NCBI GenBank assembly: GCA_038904395.1
Contig: JBCKKC010000003.1
Location: 1,856 to 65,855 of the forward strand
DNA: 64,000 bases
Direction: 5' to 3'
DNA from: Acidimicrobiia bacterium
GTDB taxonomy: Bacteria > Actinomycetota > Acidimicrobiia > UBA2766
A program made the translations under genes and the position numbers. Below are positions 43,364 through 52,211 of this stretch, piece by piece (position 1 is the first letter of the stretch; every line of letters begins with the position of its first letter). The notes beneath the pieces were generated by a model. It saw only the letters and a program-made list of their open reading frames with translations, did not search any database and was not told where the DNA came from.

Positions 43364-44332
43364 ATGGCCACGATTCGAGAAATGATCAATAACCGGACAA
43401 AGCTGACTGATATCCAGGGTCGACGTACATCATCAACAGCCTTTGTCCTCTCGGGCGGCGGTTCTCTCGGAGCCGTGCAAGTTGGCATGCTCAAGGCCCT
43501 CTTAGAGCACGACATTCTTCCAGATGTGATGGTTGGCTCATCAGCAGGAGCCCTCAATGCCGCCGTGATTGCTGCCTACCCAAGCGACAGCTCAGTGTCC
43601 CGGCTTGAAGACATCTGGTTTGGCATGCGCGAGGAGCATATCTTTCCAGGTGGAACACTGAGTCAAGCTTGGCGATTGGCACGGCGGCGCAACCATCTGG
43701 TTACTGACAAGGGCGTGATCGACCTGATCATGAGATCTCTGCCCGTCGCCCGATTTGACGAACTGCGCATCCCGATCAGAATCGTCGCCACCGAAGTCAA
43801 GACTGGCGAAGAGCACGTTTTCGCCAGTGGACCCCTGGTAAGACCACTTTTAGCCTCATCCGCTGTTCCGGGCGTCTTTCCGCCGGTGCGAATTGGCGAA
43901 CACGTCTACATTGATGGTGGGGTCATCAATAACGTACCGATTAGCCATGTGGCCGAAGCTGACCGTGTCTTCGTGCTCATGACTCGCTCCTCATACGCGG
44001 AACCTAACCTGCCAAAAACGCCGATGGGGCTCATGCTGCGATCATTTTCCATCGCTCTTGGTAACCGCCTCAAGCAAGATCTCGCCCACTACGGACAAAC
44101 AACTGAGATCATAGTCATGCCAATACCGCCCATCCCCCACCTCCGCTTCGGCGACCTATCACATACCCAAAACTTCATTGACAGCGCATACGACATCTCA
44201 ACACAATTCCTGGATGAACGGGCTAAAGCCGACAAGGGTGTCAAGAAGCCGACTGCTATTTCTTCACTGTTAGGCCGCCTTAGCCCCACCCCAACGCCCG
44301 CCACTGACGCCAGCATCATGACTGTCGCTTGA
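43364..44332 (+). CDS. Patatin-like phospholipase
   Basis: Oxyanion motif SGGGSLG, nucleophile motif GSSAGA and catalytic DGG (YIDGGVINNVP). Confidence 0.85.
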   Translation: MATIREMINNRTKLTDIQGRRTSSTAFVLSGGGSLGAVQVGMLKALLEHDILPDVMVGSSAGALNAAVIAAYPSDSSVSRLEDIWFGMREEHIFPGGTLSQAWRLARRRNHLVTDKGVIDLIMRSLPVARFDELRIPIRIVATEVKTGEEHVFASGPLVRPLLASSAVPGVFPPVRIGEHVYIDGGVINNVPISHVAEADRVFVLMTRSSYAEPNLPKTPMGLMLRSFSIALGNRLKQDLAHYGQTTEIIVMPIPPIPHLRFGDLSHTQNFIDSAYDISTQFLDERAKADKGVKKPTAISSLLGRLSPTPTPATDASIMTVA

Positions 44333-44409
44333 CCATCTCATCCATGCTCCCTCAAGAAAATCCGCCAGTCTCTAAGGTTGCGTTAAGGTTTAGCGACTTT
44401 ACTTAGTGG

Positions 44410-45270
44410 ATGTTTACTTCATCTGTCAAATTCAAGCTTCGAACAATTGTTGTCGGTTCCCTATGTGCAGTGGTGCTCATCGGCCAGGGCCTGGCGATAC
44501 ATTCAACACGAGCGTCATCGTTGAACGCTCTATCGGGATCGGTATCGAAGGGCCGTCTCGTCGGACACAGCAGCAAGGCCAAGTCCGGAACCGAGCCACT
44601 TGTTTTCGAATTTCTCCATAGCATCCTTACTATTCCTCAGCCAGCACCTGTTGATTTGGCACCCGTTCCTCCGGTCGCTGACAGCGTTGCACCTCCCGCA
44701 CCAGAGCCACCCCCCGCTCCGGAACCCGAGCCGGAGCCCGAGCCCGACGACGGACTCCGTGTCCATGTCAAGTCAGAAGGGCCACATAATCTCGAGGATT
44801 GGGCCCGCCAAGTGTTGCGGTCGTTAGCCAAGGGTGCCGGCAAACCCGAAGATGAGGTTGTCACTGAGGGCCATATCGAAGCGCTCGTCACGTTCGCCTA
44901 CTGCGAAGGCGGCGGCATCAAAGGCCACTTGGGCCAATACAATCCCCTCAACACTAAGCGTAGGGATTCCGACCTGAGAGGCCAGAAGGCTGGTGGTGGT
45001 GCCTCGGTCAACTTTCCCACTCTGGATCACGGTGTCGAAGCTGCCGTCCGCACGATTGAGCAAAACCACTACAACAGACTGCTGGCTGCGTTGCTGGACC
45101 CAGGTGCAGATGCAGCATGCTTCTTCAATGCGCTGGGAAGTCCCCACGGAACAAAAGGCAACTGCAACTGGAGCGAAAACGACGCCGGTCATCGCTCCAC
45201 CTACCTACAATTCCTAAAGCGAGTGCAAAGAAACTACGAGCACTACGCTCACGAAACCTTGCGCGGCTAA
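44410..45270 (+). CDS. Secreted protein, unknown function, with PE-repeat linker
   Basis: Signal-like VVGSLCAVVLIGQGLA. Linker PAPEPPPAPEPEPEPEPD. The C-terminal ~170 aa has no motif I recognise. Confidence 0.6.
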   Translation: MFTSSVKFKLRTIVVGSLCAVVLIGQGLAIHSTRASSLNALSGSVSKGRLVGHSSKAKSGTEPLVFEFLHSILTIPQPAPVDLAPVPPVADSVAPPAPEPPPAPEPEPEPEPDDGLRVHVKSEGPHNLEDWARQVLRSLAKGAGKPEDEVVTEGHIEALVTFAYCEGGGIKGHLGQYNPLNTKRRDSDLRGQKAGGGASVNFPTLDHGVEAAVRTIEQNHYNRLLAALLDPGADAACFFNALGSPHGTKGNCNWSENDAGHRSTYLQFLKRVQRNYEHYAHETLRG

Positions 45271-45362
45271 CACTCTCGCTCGACAAGGCAATGAGATGGT
45301 GGGCCGAGCGAAGCATTCCCCAGCAGCAGGCTAAGGCATCCAGAAGCCACAAGGCCCAGCAA

Positions 45363-46907
45363 CTAGAAAATGATGCCGGCGTGGTTGGCGATGTTCATGA
45401 GGGGTTCGGGGTAGATACCGAAGAAGAGGGTGAGGGCAACCGCGATGCCGAGGGCAAGGCCGGATCCGAAGTTGACTCGCACGTTTCCGCCCGGTTTGTC
45501 AATCAAGTCGACTGAGTCGAGCATGTACATGTTGACAACGAGCCGCACGTATATGTAAAGCGCCACCACGCTGGCCACCGTTCCGATCACAATCAGAACC
45601 CATTGGTTGGACGCGGCCGCTCCCGAGAAGACGAGGAATTTGGCCATAAAGCCCGAGGTGCCCGGGATACCAGCCATAGCGAATAGGAAGAACGTGAGGA
45701 TGAGTGCCAGGATGGGTTCATCTTGGTAGAAGTTGCGGTAATCCTTTAGTTCGGAGCCTCGTTCCCCTCGTTTAGCCGCAAGGCCAACTACTGCGAAGCT
45801 GCCCAGCACCATAAAGGTGTATGCGACGAGGTAGAAGAGGGCTCCCTGCACACCTTTGGGGTTGGCCGCGATCACCCCGATGAGAATGAAACCGGCGTTC
45901 GCTATCGATGAATAGGCCAGCATTCGCTTCATGTTTGTCTGCACCAAAGCCATGATGGACCCAACGAGCATAGTCAGAACTGCGATACCCCACAGGAGAG
46001 GCTGCCAGTCAAGTCGGTATGCTTCGAATGCGATCAGCACCACCCGGAAAAGGGCTGCAAAAGCGGCCACTTTGGCTCCCGATGCCATGAATCCCACCAC
46101 TGGCGACGGGGCTCCTTCGTAAACATCAGGCGTCCACATGTGGAACGGGACGGCGGCCATCTTGAAGGCCAGCCCGATCACCATGAAAGCAAGCCCCAAG
46201 AGGACGACACCCTGGTTGGCCAGTAGGTTGCTTGAAAAGTATTGGGCTATCGCCGGAATGTTCATCGTGCCGGTGCCACCGTATGTGAGAGCTATACCGA
46301 AGGCGAAGATCGCGGAGGAGTAGGCGCCCAAGAGTAGATACTTCATGCCTGCTTCTTGGGCCGTGGGCCGATCCCGATCGAAGGCGACAAGTACATATAG
46401 ACAGATTGAGAGGAGCTCAAGGCCAAGGAAGACCATGATTAGATTGTTAGCACTCACCATGAGCTGGATACCGGCAGCACAGAAGAGCATCAAGATGTAG
46501 TACTCAGCCTTGTTGAGCGATTCTCGTTGCAGGTAACCGACCGACAACAACAGAGCCATGACTAGCGCTACCGCTGTCAGGACTATGAGAAAAGCCGAGA
46601 ATCGATCGGCGGCGATCATGCCCCCAAAAGAGTAGCGATAGCGGTCGCCGCTGAGATCAAACCAGAGAAAGACCCCCGCCCCCAGCGACGCTAACGCCCC
46701 TGCAATGGCCACAGAGGCATAAACAATTGTGCTCTTGAACCGCTTGACGGCGATCATGAACAAGATGAGCAGGCCCGTGGCACAGAGAATAATCTCAGGC
46801 GCTATGGCGTAAAAGTCAGCCGGAGGCGCCTTGATTGGCTGTTGAGCGGGTATGTCTGAGACTGCCCTGACGAGGGTAAGGGCCGATTGGGCTAAGTTCG
46901 AAATCAT
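45363..46907 (-). CDS. nuoN: NADH-quinone oxidoreductase subunit N (operon 2)
   Basis: 514-aa antiporter-like subunit. Last gene of the 14-gene operon. Confidence 0.9.
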   Translation of the reverse strand: MISNLAQSALTLVRAVSDIPAQQPIKAPPADFYAIAPEIILCATGLLILFMIAVKRFKSTIVYASVAIAGALASLGAGVFLWFDLSGDRYRYSFGGMIAADRFSAFLIVLTAVALVMALLLSVGYLQRESLNKAEYYILMLFCAAGIQLMVSANNLIMVFLGLELLSICLYVLVAFDRDRPTAQEAGMKYLLLGAYSSAIFAFGIALTYGGTGTMNIPAIAQYFSSNLLANQGVVLLGLAFMVIGLAFKMAAVPFHMWTPDVYEGAPSPVVGFMASGAKVAAFAALFRVVLIAFEAYRLDWQPLLWGIAVLTMLVGSIMALVQTNMKRMLAYSSIANAGFILIGVIAANPKGVQGALFYLVAYTFMVLGSFAVVGLAAKRGERGSELKDYRNFYQDEPILALILTFFLFAMAGIPGTSGFMAKFLVFSGAAASNQWVLIVIGTVASVVALYIYVRLVVNMYMLDSVDLIDKPGGNVRVNFGSGLALGIAVALTLFFGIYPEPLMNIANHAGIIF

Positions 46908-48664
46908 CCGCCACCTCCTGGGGCTGGTGCTGGATTAGGCGCTGGCACTGCAGGGGTGACCACTCCCGGGGCCGGAGCCCCTGGCACTGCGGGCGAGCCG
47001 CCGGGGCCAGTAGTAGCGGGCCCAGCGGGCCCAGCGGGCCCTCCTGGTGCCGGCTGCTGGCCGCCCGGGCTGGTTCCCGTCTTGGCATTGCCGTCGTGCT
47101 TAGGCCCAGCCTTTTGCAAGGCTGGGTTCTTGAGCGGGCTCGTCACTTTAGGCTCGACATATTCCTGTTTCGTGCCCTTCGTACCCTTCTCAACACGATC
47201 AACTACGAATTCAGCTGAAGGTGTGATGCGCTCCAACATCGGAGCTGGGTAGAGGTCGAGGAAAAGAATGGCAACCACAAACGGGACAATAACTACAAGT
47301 TCCCGGGGACTCAGGTCTTTGAGCACCTTGTTCTTCGGGTTGTCAAGCGGCCCCCAGAAAAGTTTGCCATAGACGTAGAACAAGTAGATAGCGCCCAACA
47401 CGATCCCTACCGCTCCTACCACGGCCCACCACCTGTGCACAGCGAACGTGCCAAAGAGAGTAAGCACTTCACCAACGAAACTGTTGAGACCTGGCAGCCC
47501 GGCAGCGGCAAACGTTACCAACAAGAAAATGCCGGCAAAGATAGGCATGTTCTTCTTTAGTCCACCCCACTCGTTCAGGTCATATGTGTGCCGCCGGTCA
47601 CCGAACATTCCGATCAAGAAGAAGAGCGCACTGGTGATCAGTCCATGGTTAACCATTTGGGCCACACCACCGACGATTCCGGTCGTGGTGATGGCAAAAA
47701 TGCCCAGGACAATGAAACCGATGTGACTAATGGAGGTATAGGCAATCAGGCGCTTGACATCACGCTGCCCCAGCGCCACAAATGCACCATAGATAATGCC
47801 GATCACTCCCAAAGTGAGCAAGATAGGAACGGCTTCGACTGCAGCCCGGGGAAACAGCGGCAAACAAAACCGCAACATTCCGTATGTGCCCAGTTTCAAG
47901 AGCACACCAGCCAGGAAGCCCGAGCCCGCAGTTGGTGCCTGGGCATGGACGTCAGGCAACCACGTATGGAAGGGCACAACCGGCGCCTTCACCATGAAGC
48001 TGATCATGAACCCCCAAAACAGCCAGCGCTGCTGAGTGAGGGTGAAACTTGTTTTGAGGTGATCGGCGAAAGCGAATGTGGGCGTGCCGCCGTGGCCCGA
48101 AATGAAGGCAACAGCGATGAGTGCAGCTAACAAGAATGCAGAACCAAAAGCCGTATACAAGATGAACTTGACAGCCGCATAGACACGACGCTCCCGACCC
48201 CAGCGGCCGATGATGAAATACATCGGTACGAGCATCATCTCCCAGAAAACAAAGAACAAGAACAAGTCGGCCGAGATAAAGACACCGATCAGCGCTGCCT
48301 CTAGCCACAGCTTGAAAATGATAAGATGTTTGGCCCGATGGATTGACGAGCCAGAACCGATAATGGCGAGCGGAAACATAAACGCTGTTAGAACGACCAT
48401 GAAGACGCTAATGCCATCGACACCGAGACGATATGAAATTCCAAACGATGGAATCCACTTGACGCTTTCAGTCCATTGCAGCCCGGGCACGCCGGTCTTG
48501 AAACCAATCACAAGCCAAATCGCCAACGCAAAGGTGATACCGCTAAATACCACACCCAAGATTTGAGCGACGTTCTGGCGGGCTCGCGGCACAAAGCCAA
48601 TCACCACTGCGCCAATTACGGGCATGAACAGCAAAAGAGACAGCAGGGGAAATGAACCTTTCAT
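46904..48664 (-). CDS. nuoM: NADH-quinone oxidoreductase subunit M (operon 2) with ~90-aa Pro/Gly-rich C-terminal tail
   Basis: HTWLPDVHAQAPTAGSGFLAG. The tail is ...GQQPAPGGPAGPAGPATTGPGGSPAVPGAPAPG.... Confidence 0.9.
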   Translation of the reverse strand: MKGSFPLLSLLLFMPVIGAVVIGFVPRARQNVAQILGVVFSGITFALAIWLVIGFKTGVPGLQWTESVKWIPSFGISYRLGVDGISVFMVVLTAFMFPLAIIGSGSSIHRAKHLIIFKLWLEAALIGVFISADLFLFFVFWEMMLVPMYFIIGRWGRERRVYAAVKFILYTAFGSAFLLAALIAVAFISGHGGTPTFAFADHLKTSFTLTQQRWLFWGFMISFMVKAPVVPFHTWLPDVHAQAPTAGSGFLAGVLLKLGTYGMLRFCLPLFPRAAVEAVPILLTLGVIGIIYGAFVALGQRDVKRLIAYTSISHIGFIVLGIFAITTTGIVGGVAQMVNHGLITSALFFLIGMFGDRRHTYDLNEWGGLKKNMPIFAGIFLLVTFAAAGLPGLNSFVGEVLTLFGTFAVHRWWAVVGAVGIVLGAIYLFYVYGKLFWGPLDNPKNKVLKDLSPRELVVIVPFVVAILFLDLYPAPMLERITPSAEFVVDRVEKGTKGTKQEYVEPKVTSPLKNPALQKAGPKHDGNAKTGTSPGGQQPAPGGPAGPAGPATTGPGGSPAVPGAPAPGVVTPAVPAPNPAPAPGGGG

Positions 48665-48665
48665 A

Positions 48666-48875
48666 TGGACTCACTACCTGCTTGGCTGTCATTGCAAGGA
48701 GGCGTTGGCAGTGACTGCACCATGCAAAGCGTCTTGATCCGTTTTGAATTGCTCGCTTCGCTCACAAAAATTCGGATTCCTGGATCCTCACGGTCGCCTA
48801 GCGGCTCCCTCAGGATGACTGGGATTCCTGGATCCTCACGGTCGCCTAGCGGCTCCCTCAGGATGACGAAGTGCG
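48666..48875. repeat. MITE/BIME-like repeat copy R5 in the nuoL2-nuoM2 junction
   Basis: A-like arm gtcattgcaaggaggcgttggcagtgac, core fragment gatccgttttgaattgctcgcttcgctcac, and two tandem B arms. Flanked by the direct repeat tcata (48661-48665 and 48876-48880). Confidence 0.85.
48774..48867. repeat. Exact tandem duplication of the 46-bp B arm (period 48 bp)
   Basis: ggattcctggatcctcacggtcgcctagcggctccctcaggatgac occurs at 48774-48819 and again at 48822-48867, separated by tg. Confidence 0.95.
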
Positions 48876-50825
48876 TCATACGCCGGACCCCCCACGCAAC
48901 ATCATGTAGACCACGATGAGCAGCGCGCCACCAAGTATCACAGCCGCGTACAGACGCACGTAACCGGTCTGTAACTTGCGGCCGAAGCGTCCCGCGCTAG
49001 TAATTCCATGCGCAGTTCCTAACACAGCGCCATCAACACCCTTCTGGTCTGCTATTTCTAACACCTTGACAAGGTCCCAGCCCGGCCGTTCAAAGGCCAT
49101 TTGCGTAGCTTCGTCGTAATAAAACTTGTGGGCTGCCAACTGCGGCAAGGGCCCAAAGCGGGTTGCCAGCTTGGCTCTGGAACCGGCCGAGCTCTTGAGC
49201 CAAATCTTGGTAGCGATGGCGACACCGATAAGAGCAACAGCGAGGCTGACGGCAAAGAGCACAATCGTCTCAAGCGACCAGACTTCGCCGGCGCCACCAG
49301 CGGTCTCGAACGTGGGCTCAAGCCACTTGTGCAAAACGTTCCAATCGGGAATACCTAACACTCCGAGCAACGTGGCACCCACAGCAAGTATCCCGAGCGG
49401 CACCGTCAAAACCTTGGGTGACTCATGCGGCTTTACGCCTTCAGCCCAGTTGGCCTTGCCCCAAAAGACTCGGTAGTACTGACGGAACATGTACATCGCT
49501 GTGAGCAAAGCGCCAATGAGGCCCAACACGTATGTGACCTTGCCCCAGCCGTAGTGCGAGGTGAACTCGGCAGATAGAACAGCATCTTTGGACCAGAAAC
49601 CACTGAACGGAAAAATCCCACAGATCGCCAGCAACCCACACAAATAGGTGATGTGGGTGACAGGCATTTTCTTGCGCAGGTTACCCATCTTGCGAATGTC
49701 CTCTTCGCCGCCCATGCCGTGCATAACCGATCCGGCACAGAGAAACAAGAGTGCCTTAAAGAAACCATGCGTGAGCATGTGAAAGAGGCCGGCGGTATAG
49801 CCAGCAGCACCAATACCGACGCCAGCAACCATATAACCGATCTGACTGATCGTCGAATAGGCCAAGATCTTCTTGAAGTTGTTTTGACCGAGCGCAATAA
49901 TCGCCGCCCACACCGTGGTTGCTGAACCGATGAATACCGTGATCAGTTGCGCTGCCGGGGCGAGATCAAATATGGGATGCACTCTGGCGATGAGGTAGAC
50001 GCCCGCTACCACCATCGTTGCCGCGTGCATGAGCGCCGAAACCGGTGTCGGTCCCTGCATGGCGTCGGGCAGCCAAAGGTAAAGAGGGATCTGGGCCGAC
50101 TTGCCGGTGACACCCATCAATAACAACAAGGCAATAGCGGTAGCTACCCCGGTGGATAACAAATCGGTGTGAGCGAACACGACCGAGAAATCCAGGCTGC
50201 CAAAGGTGAAGAAGATAAGCATCATGGCAATTACGAAACCGAAGTCACCAATCCGGTTGACGATCATTGCCTTCTTACCAGCGGTGGCATTGATCGGCTC
50301 GTTATACCAAAACCCAATCAGCAGGTAGCTGCAAGCACCGACTAGTTCCCAACCAACAAAGAGCACCAGGAAGTCGTTGGCGAGAACCAAGATGAGCATG
50401 CCGGCTACGAAGAGGTTCAGGTAGGAGAAAAAGCGAGTGAAATCGGGGTCACCCTTCATGTAGCCGTTGGCGTAGATGTGAATCATCAAGCCAACAAAAG
50501 AGACCAACAACAACATGATTATCGTGAGCGGGTCGACCCGAATCGACGCCTTGACATCGAAGCCGCCACCGGTAATCCAGGTATAGAGATTTTTGGTAAA
50601 GACCCGATGATGTGCGGATTGACTCATCAAACCGACATAAGCCAGGACACTAAAGACGAATGAAAGGCCGACAGCGCCAACGGCAATCAGGCCCCCGAAG
50701 GGTGCCCTTAAACGTTTGCCGAGTAGGGCGAGGAGGCCGGCCGACAAGAGCGGCAACAGCGGGATTATCCAGGCAATTTTAAGAAATGTCATTGACCCCA
50801 CCTCGGCAGCTGTGACCATTCCCAT
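48876..50825 (-). CDS. nuoL: NADH-quinone oxidoreductase subunit L (operon 2); native start probably ATG 50792
   Basis: WELVGACSYLLIGFWY and LWLPDAMQGPTPVSALMHAATMVVAG. Most of the first 11 codons (MGMVTAAEVGS) run through the terminus of repeat copy R6 and its flanking direct repeat. A gaggtgg SD precedes the ATG at 50792. Confidence 0.9.
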   Translation of the reverse strand: MGMVTAAEVGSMTFLKIAWIIPLLPLLSAGLLALLGKRLRAPFGGLIAVGAVGLSFVFSVLAYVGLMSQSAHHRVFTKNLYTWITGGGFDVKASIRVDPLTIIMLLLVSFVGLMIHIYANGYMKGDPDFTRFFSYLNLFVAGMLILVLANDFLVLFVGWELVGACSYLLIGFWYNEPINATAGKKAMIVNRIGDFGFVIAMMLIFFTFGSLDFSVVFAHTDLLSTGVATAIALLLLMGVTGKSAQIPLYLWLPDAMQGPTPVSALMHAATMVVAGVYLIARVHPIFDLAPAAQLITVFIGSATTVWAAIIALGQNNFKKILAYSTISQIGYMVAGVGIGAAGYTAGLFHMLTHGFFKALLFLCAGSVMHGMGGEEDIRKMGNLRKKMPVTHITYLCGLLAICGIFPFSGFWSKDAVLSAEFTSHYGWGKVTYVLGLIGALLTAMYMFRQYYRVFWGKANWAEGVKPHESPKVLTVPLGILAVGATLLGVLGIPDWNVLHKWLEPTFETAGGAGEVWSLETIVLFAVSLAVALIGVAIATKIWLKSSAGSRAKLATRFGPLPQLAAHKFYYDEATQMAFERPGWDLVKVLEIADQKGVDGAVLGTAHGITSAGRFGRKLQTGYVRLYAAVILGGALLIVVYMMLRGGSGV

Positions 50826-51061
50826 ACCCGAGCCAGAGTGGCCCTACCAGGCCCTTCGTCATTGCGAGCCCTGGGCTTTGGCAGGGCGTAGCAATCCAGG
50901 CTTTGCTGTGTTGCGAGCGCAGCGAGCAATTCGAAATGGCCCGAGTCTGATGCTAAAGTCCTGCTCGCAAGCTCGCAGAATATTCTAAAGCCTGGATTGC
51001 TTTGTCGCCGCAGAGCCGGCTCCTCGCAATGACGGGAGGTGGGAGGTGAATTGCTAGTCAT
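50815..51061. repeat. MITE/BIME-like repeat copy R6 in the nuoK2-nuoL2 spacer
   Basis: A arms cgtcattgcgagccctgggctttggcagggcgtagcaatccagg (50857-50900) and cctggattgctttgtcgccgcagagccggctcctcgcaatgacg (50991-51034). Flanked by the 8-bp direct repeat cagctgtg (50807-50814 and 51062-51069). Confidence 0.88.
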
Positions 51062-51083
51062 CAGCTGTGGGTTCCCGATCAAA

Positions 51084-51404
51084 TCAGCCTCGCATCCTGG
51101 ACAAGTTATCTACAGAAGTGTTTGCCCGTCGGCGGAAGATAGCAATCAAAATGCCCAGCCCGACCATGACCTCAACTGCCGCCACAACCAGAATGAAAAA
51201 CACGAAGATCTGGCCGCTCAGGTCGTTGAGCTTGGCGCCAAACGTGATCAACGTGAGATTGACAGCGTTGAGCATGAGCTCAACGCACATAAACATGACC
51301 AACGCACTCTTGCGAACAAGGAAACCAAGCGCTCCAATCATGAAGATCGCAACAGCAAGGAGCAGGTATGCATCTGCACCGGGACGCGTAATAGCAAAAA
51401 ACAT
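51084..51404 (-). CDS. nuoK: NADH-quinone oxidoreductase subunit K (operon 2)
   Basis: 106-aa three-TM protein (FMCVELMLNAVNLTLITF...VVAAVEVMVGLGILI). Confidence 0.9.
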   Translation of the reverse strand: MFFAITRPGADAYLLLAVAIFMIGALGFLVRKSALVMFMCVELMLNAVNLTLITFGAKLNDLSGQIFVFFILVVAAVEVMVGLGILIAIFRRRANTSVDNLSRMRG

Positions 51405-51406
51405 AT

Positions 51407-52204
51407 CTAAACGACCTTTTCTGAATCCGTCGAGGCCGTTGCGGCCGAGCCTGATGCGGATGACGCCGGTTTAGCTGAGCTTGAGGCGGGGGCCGAGGCG
51501 GATGCCACCGGTTCAGCCTCGCTCGAACCTGCCGCGTCACGCGAGACACTTGCATTCCCCGCACCAGAAGCATCGGCGCCTGAGCTGGCTGAATAATCAG
51601 TGTCACGGTCCCCGTCGCTATCGTCGCCTCCATCATCGTCGCCGGGGGCATCACTCCGACCCACTCCAGCACCGCGCAAGCCCTTGGGGCGTTTCGCCAG
51701 TACGATCACACCCACGATGGCGGCCACAACCAGAATCGAGGTGACCTCGAAGGGAAGCAAGTATTGGGTAAAGAGTGACTGGGCGATGGCTTGCACATTG
51801 CCACCCGCCGCAGTAATGGCCGCTTTCGTATCGGTGCCGGGGGCTCCGGTGGGCCAACCGCCCGTAACCAGCAAGATCGGAACAAGAAGCACAGCAACGG
51901 CAGCTAAAAATCCGTAGCGAAAAGAGGCTCGACTCAACATTCGAGTCTCTCGCTCGTCACCTCGGTCAACACCGAGCATCATGATGACGAACAAGAAGAG
52001 CACGACGATGGCCCCGGTATAGACAATGATTTGCACGGTCGATAGGAAGAAGGCGCTTTGCTCAAGGAACAGCACCGCAATCGATACAAGGGTCACCACT
52101 AGCGACAAGGCTGAATGCACGGGGTTGGCCAAGAACACGACTCCGAGAGCGCCGCCCAGGGCGAGAGCGCCAAATATTGCATAGAGAATCCACTCAGCCA
52201 TCAT
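51407..52204 (-). CDS. nuoJ: NADH-quinone oxidoreductase subunit J (operon 2) with ~95-aa acidic/Ser-Ala-rich C-terminal tail
   Basis: NuoJ core in the first ~170 aa, then ...DAPGDDDGGDDSDGDRDTDYSASSGADASGAG...SASAPASSSAKPASSASGSAAT. Confidence 0.88.
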   Translation of the reverse strand: MMAEWILYAIFGALALGGALGVVFLANPVHSALSLVVTLVSIAVLFLEQSAFFLSTVQIIVYTGAIVVLFLFVIMMLGVDRGDERETRMLSRASFRYGFLAAVAVLLVPILLVTGGWPTGAPGTDTKAAITAAGGNVQAIAQSLFTQYLLPFEVTSILVVAAIVGVIVLAKRPKGLRGAGVGRSDAPGDDDGGDDSDGDRDTDYSASSGADASGAGNASVSRDAAGSSEAEPVASASAPASSSAKPASSASGSAATASTDSEKVV

Positions 52205-52211
52205 GGCCTCC

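Noticed and set aside
43364-44332. Patatin-like phospholipase as a CBASS-type (CapV) effector
   Set aside because: No cyclic-oligonucleotide synthase (CD-NTase) or other CBASS component is adjacent. The neighbours are a MarR regulator and a secreted protein.
48774-48867. Possible CRISPR array (identical 46-bp repeats)
   Set aside because: Only two copies are present, separated by 2 nt, so there are no spacers. No cas genes are in the window. The unit is an arm of the MITE/BIME-like family.
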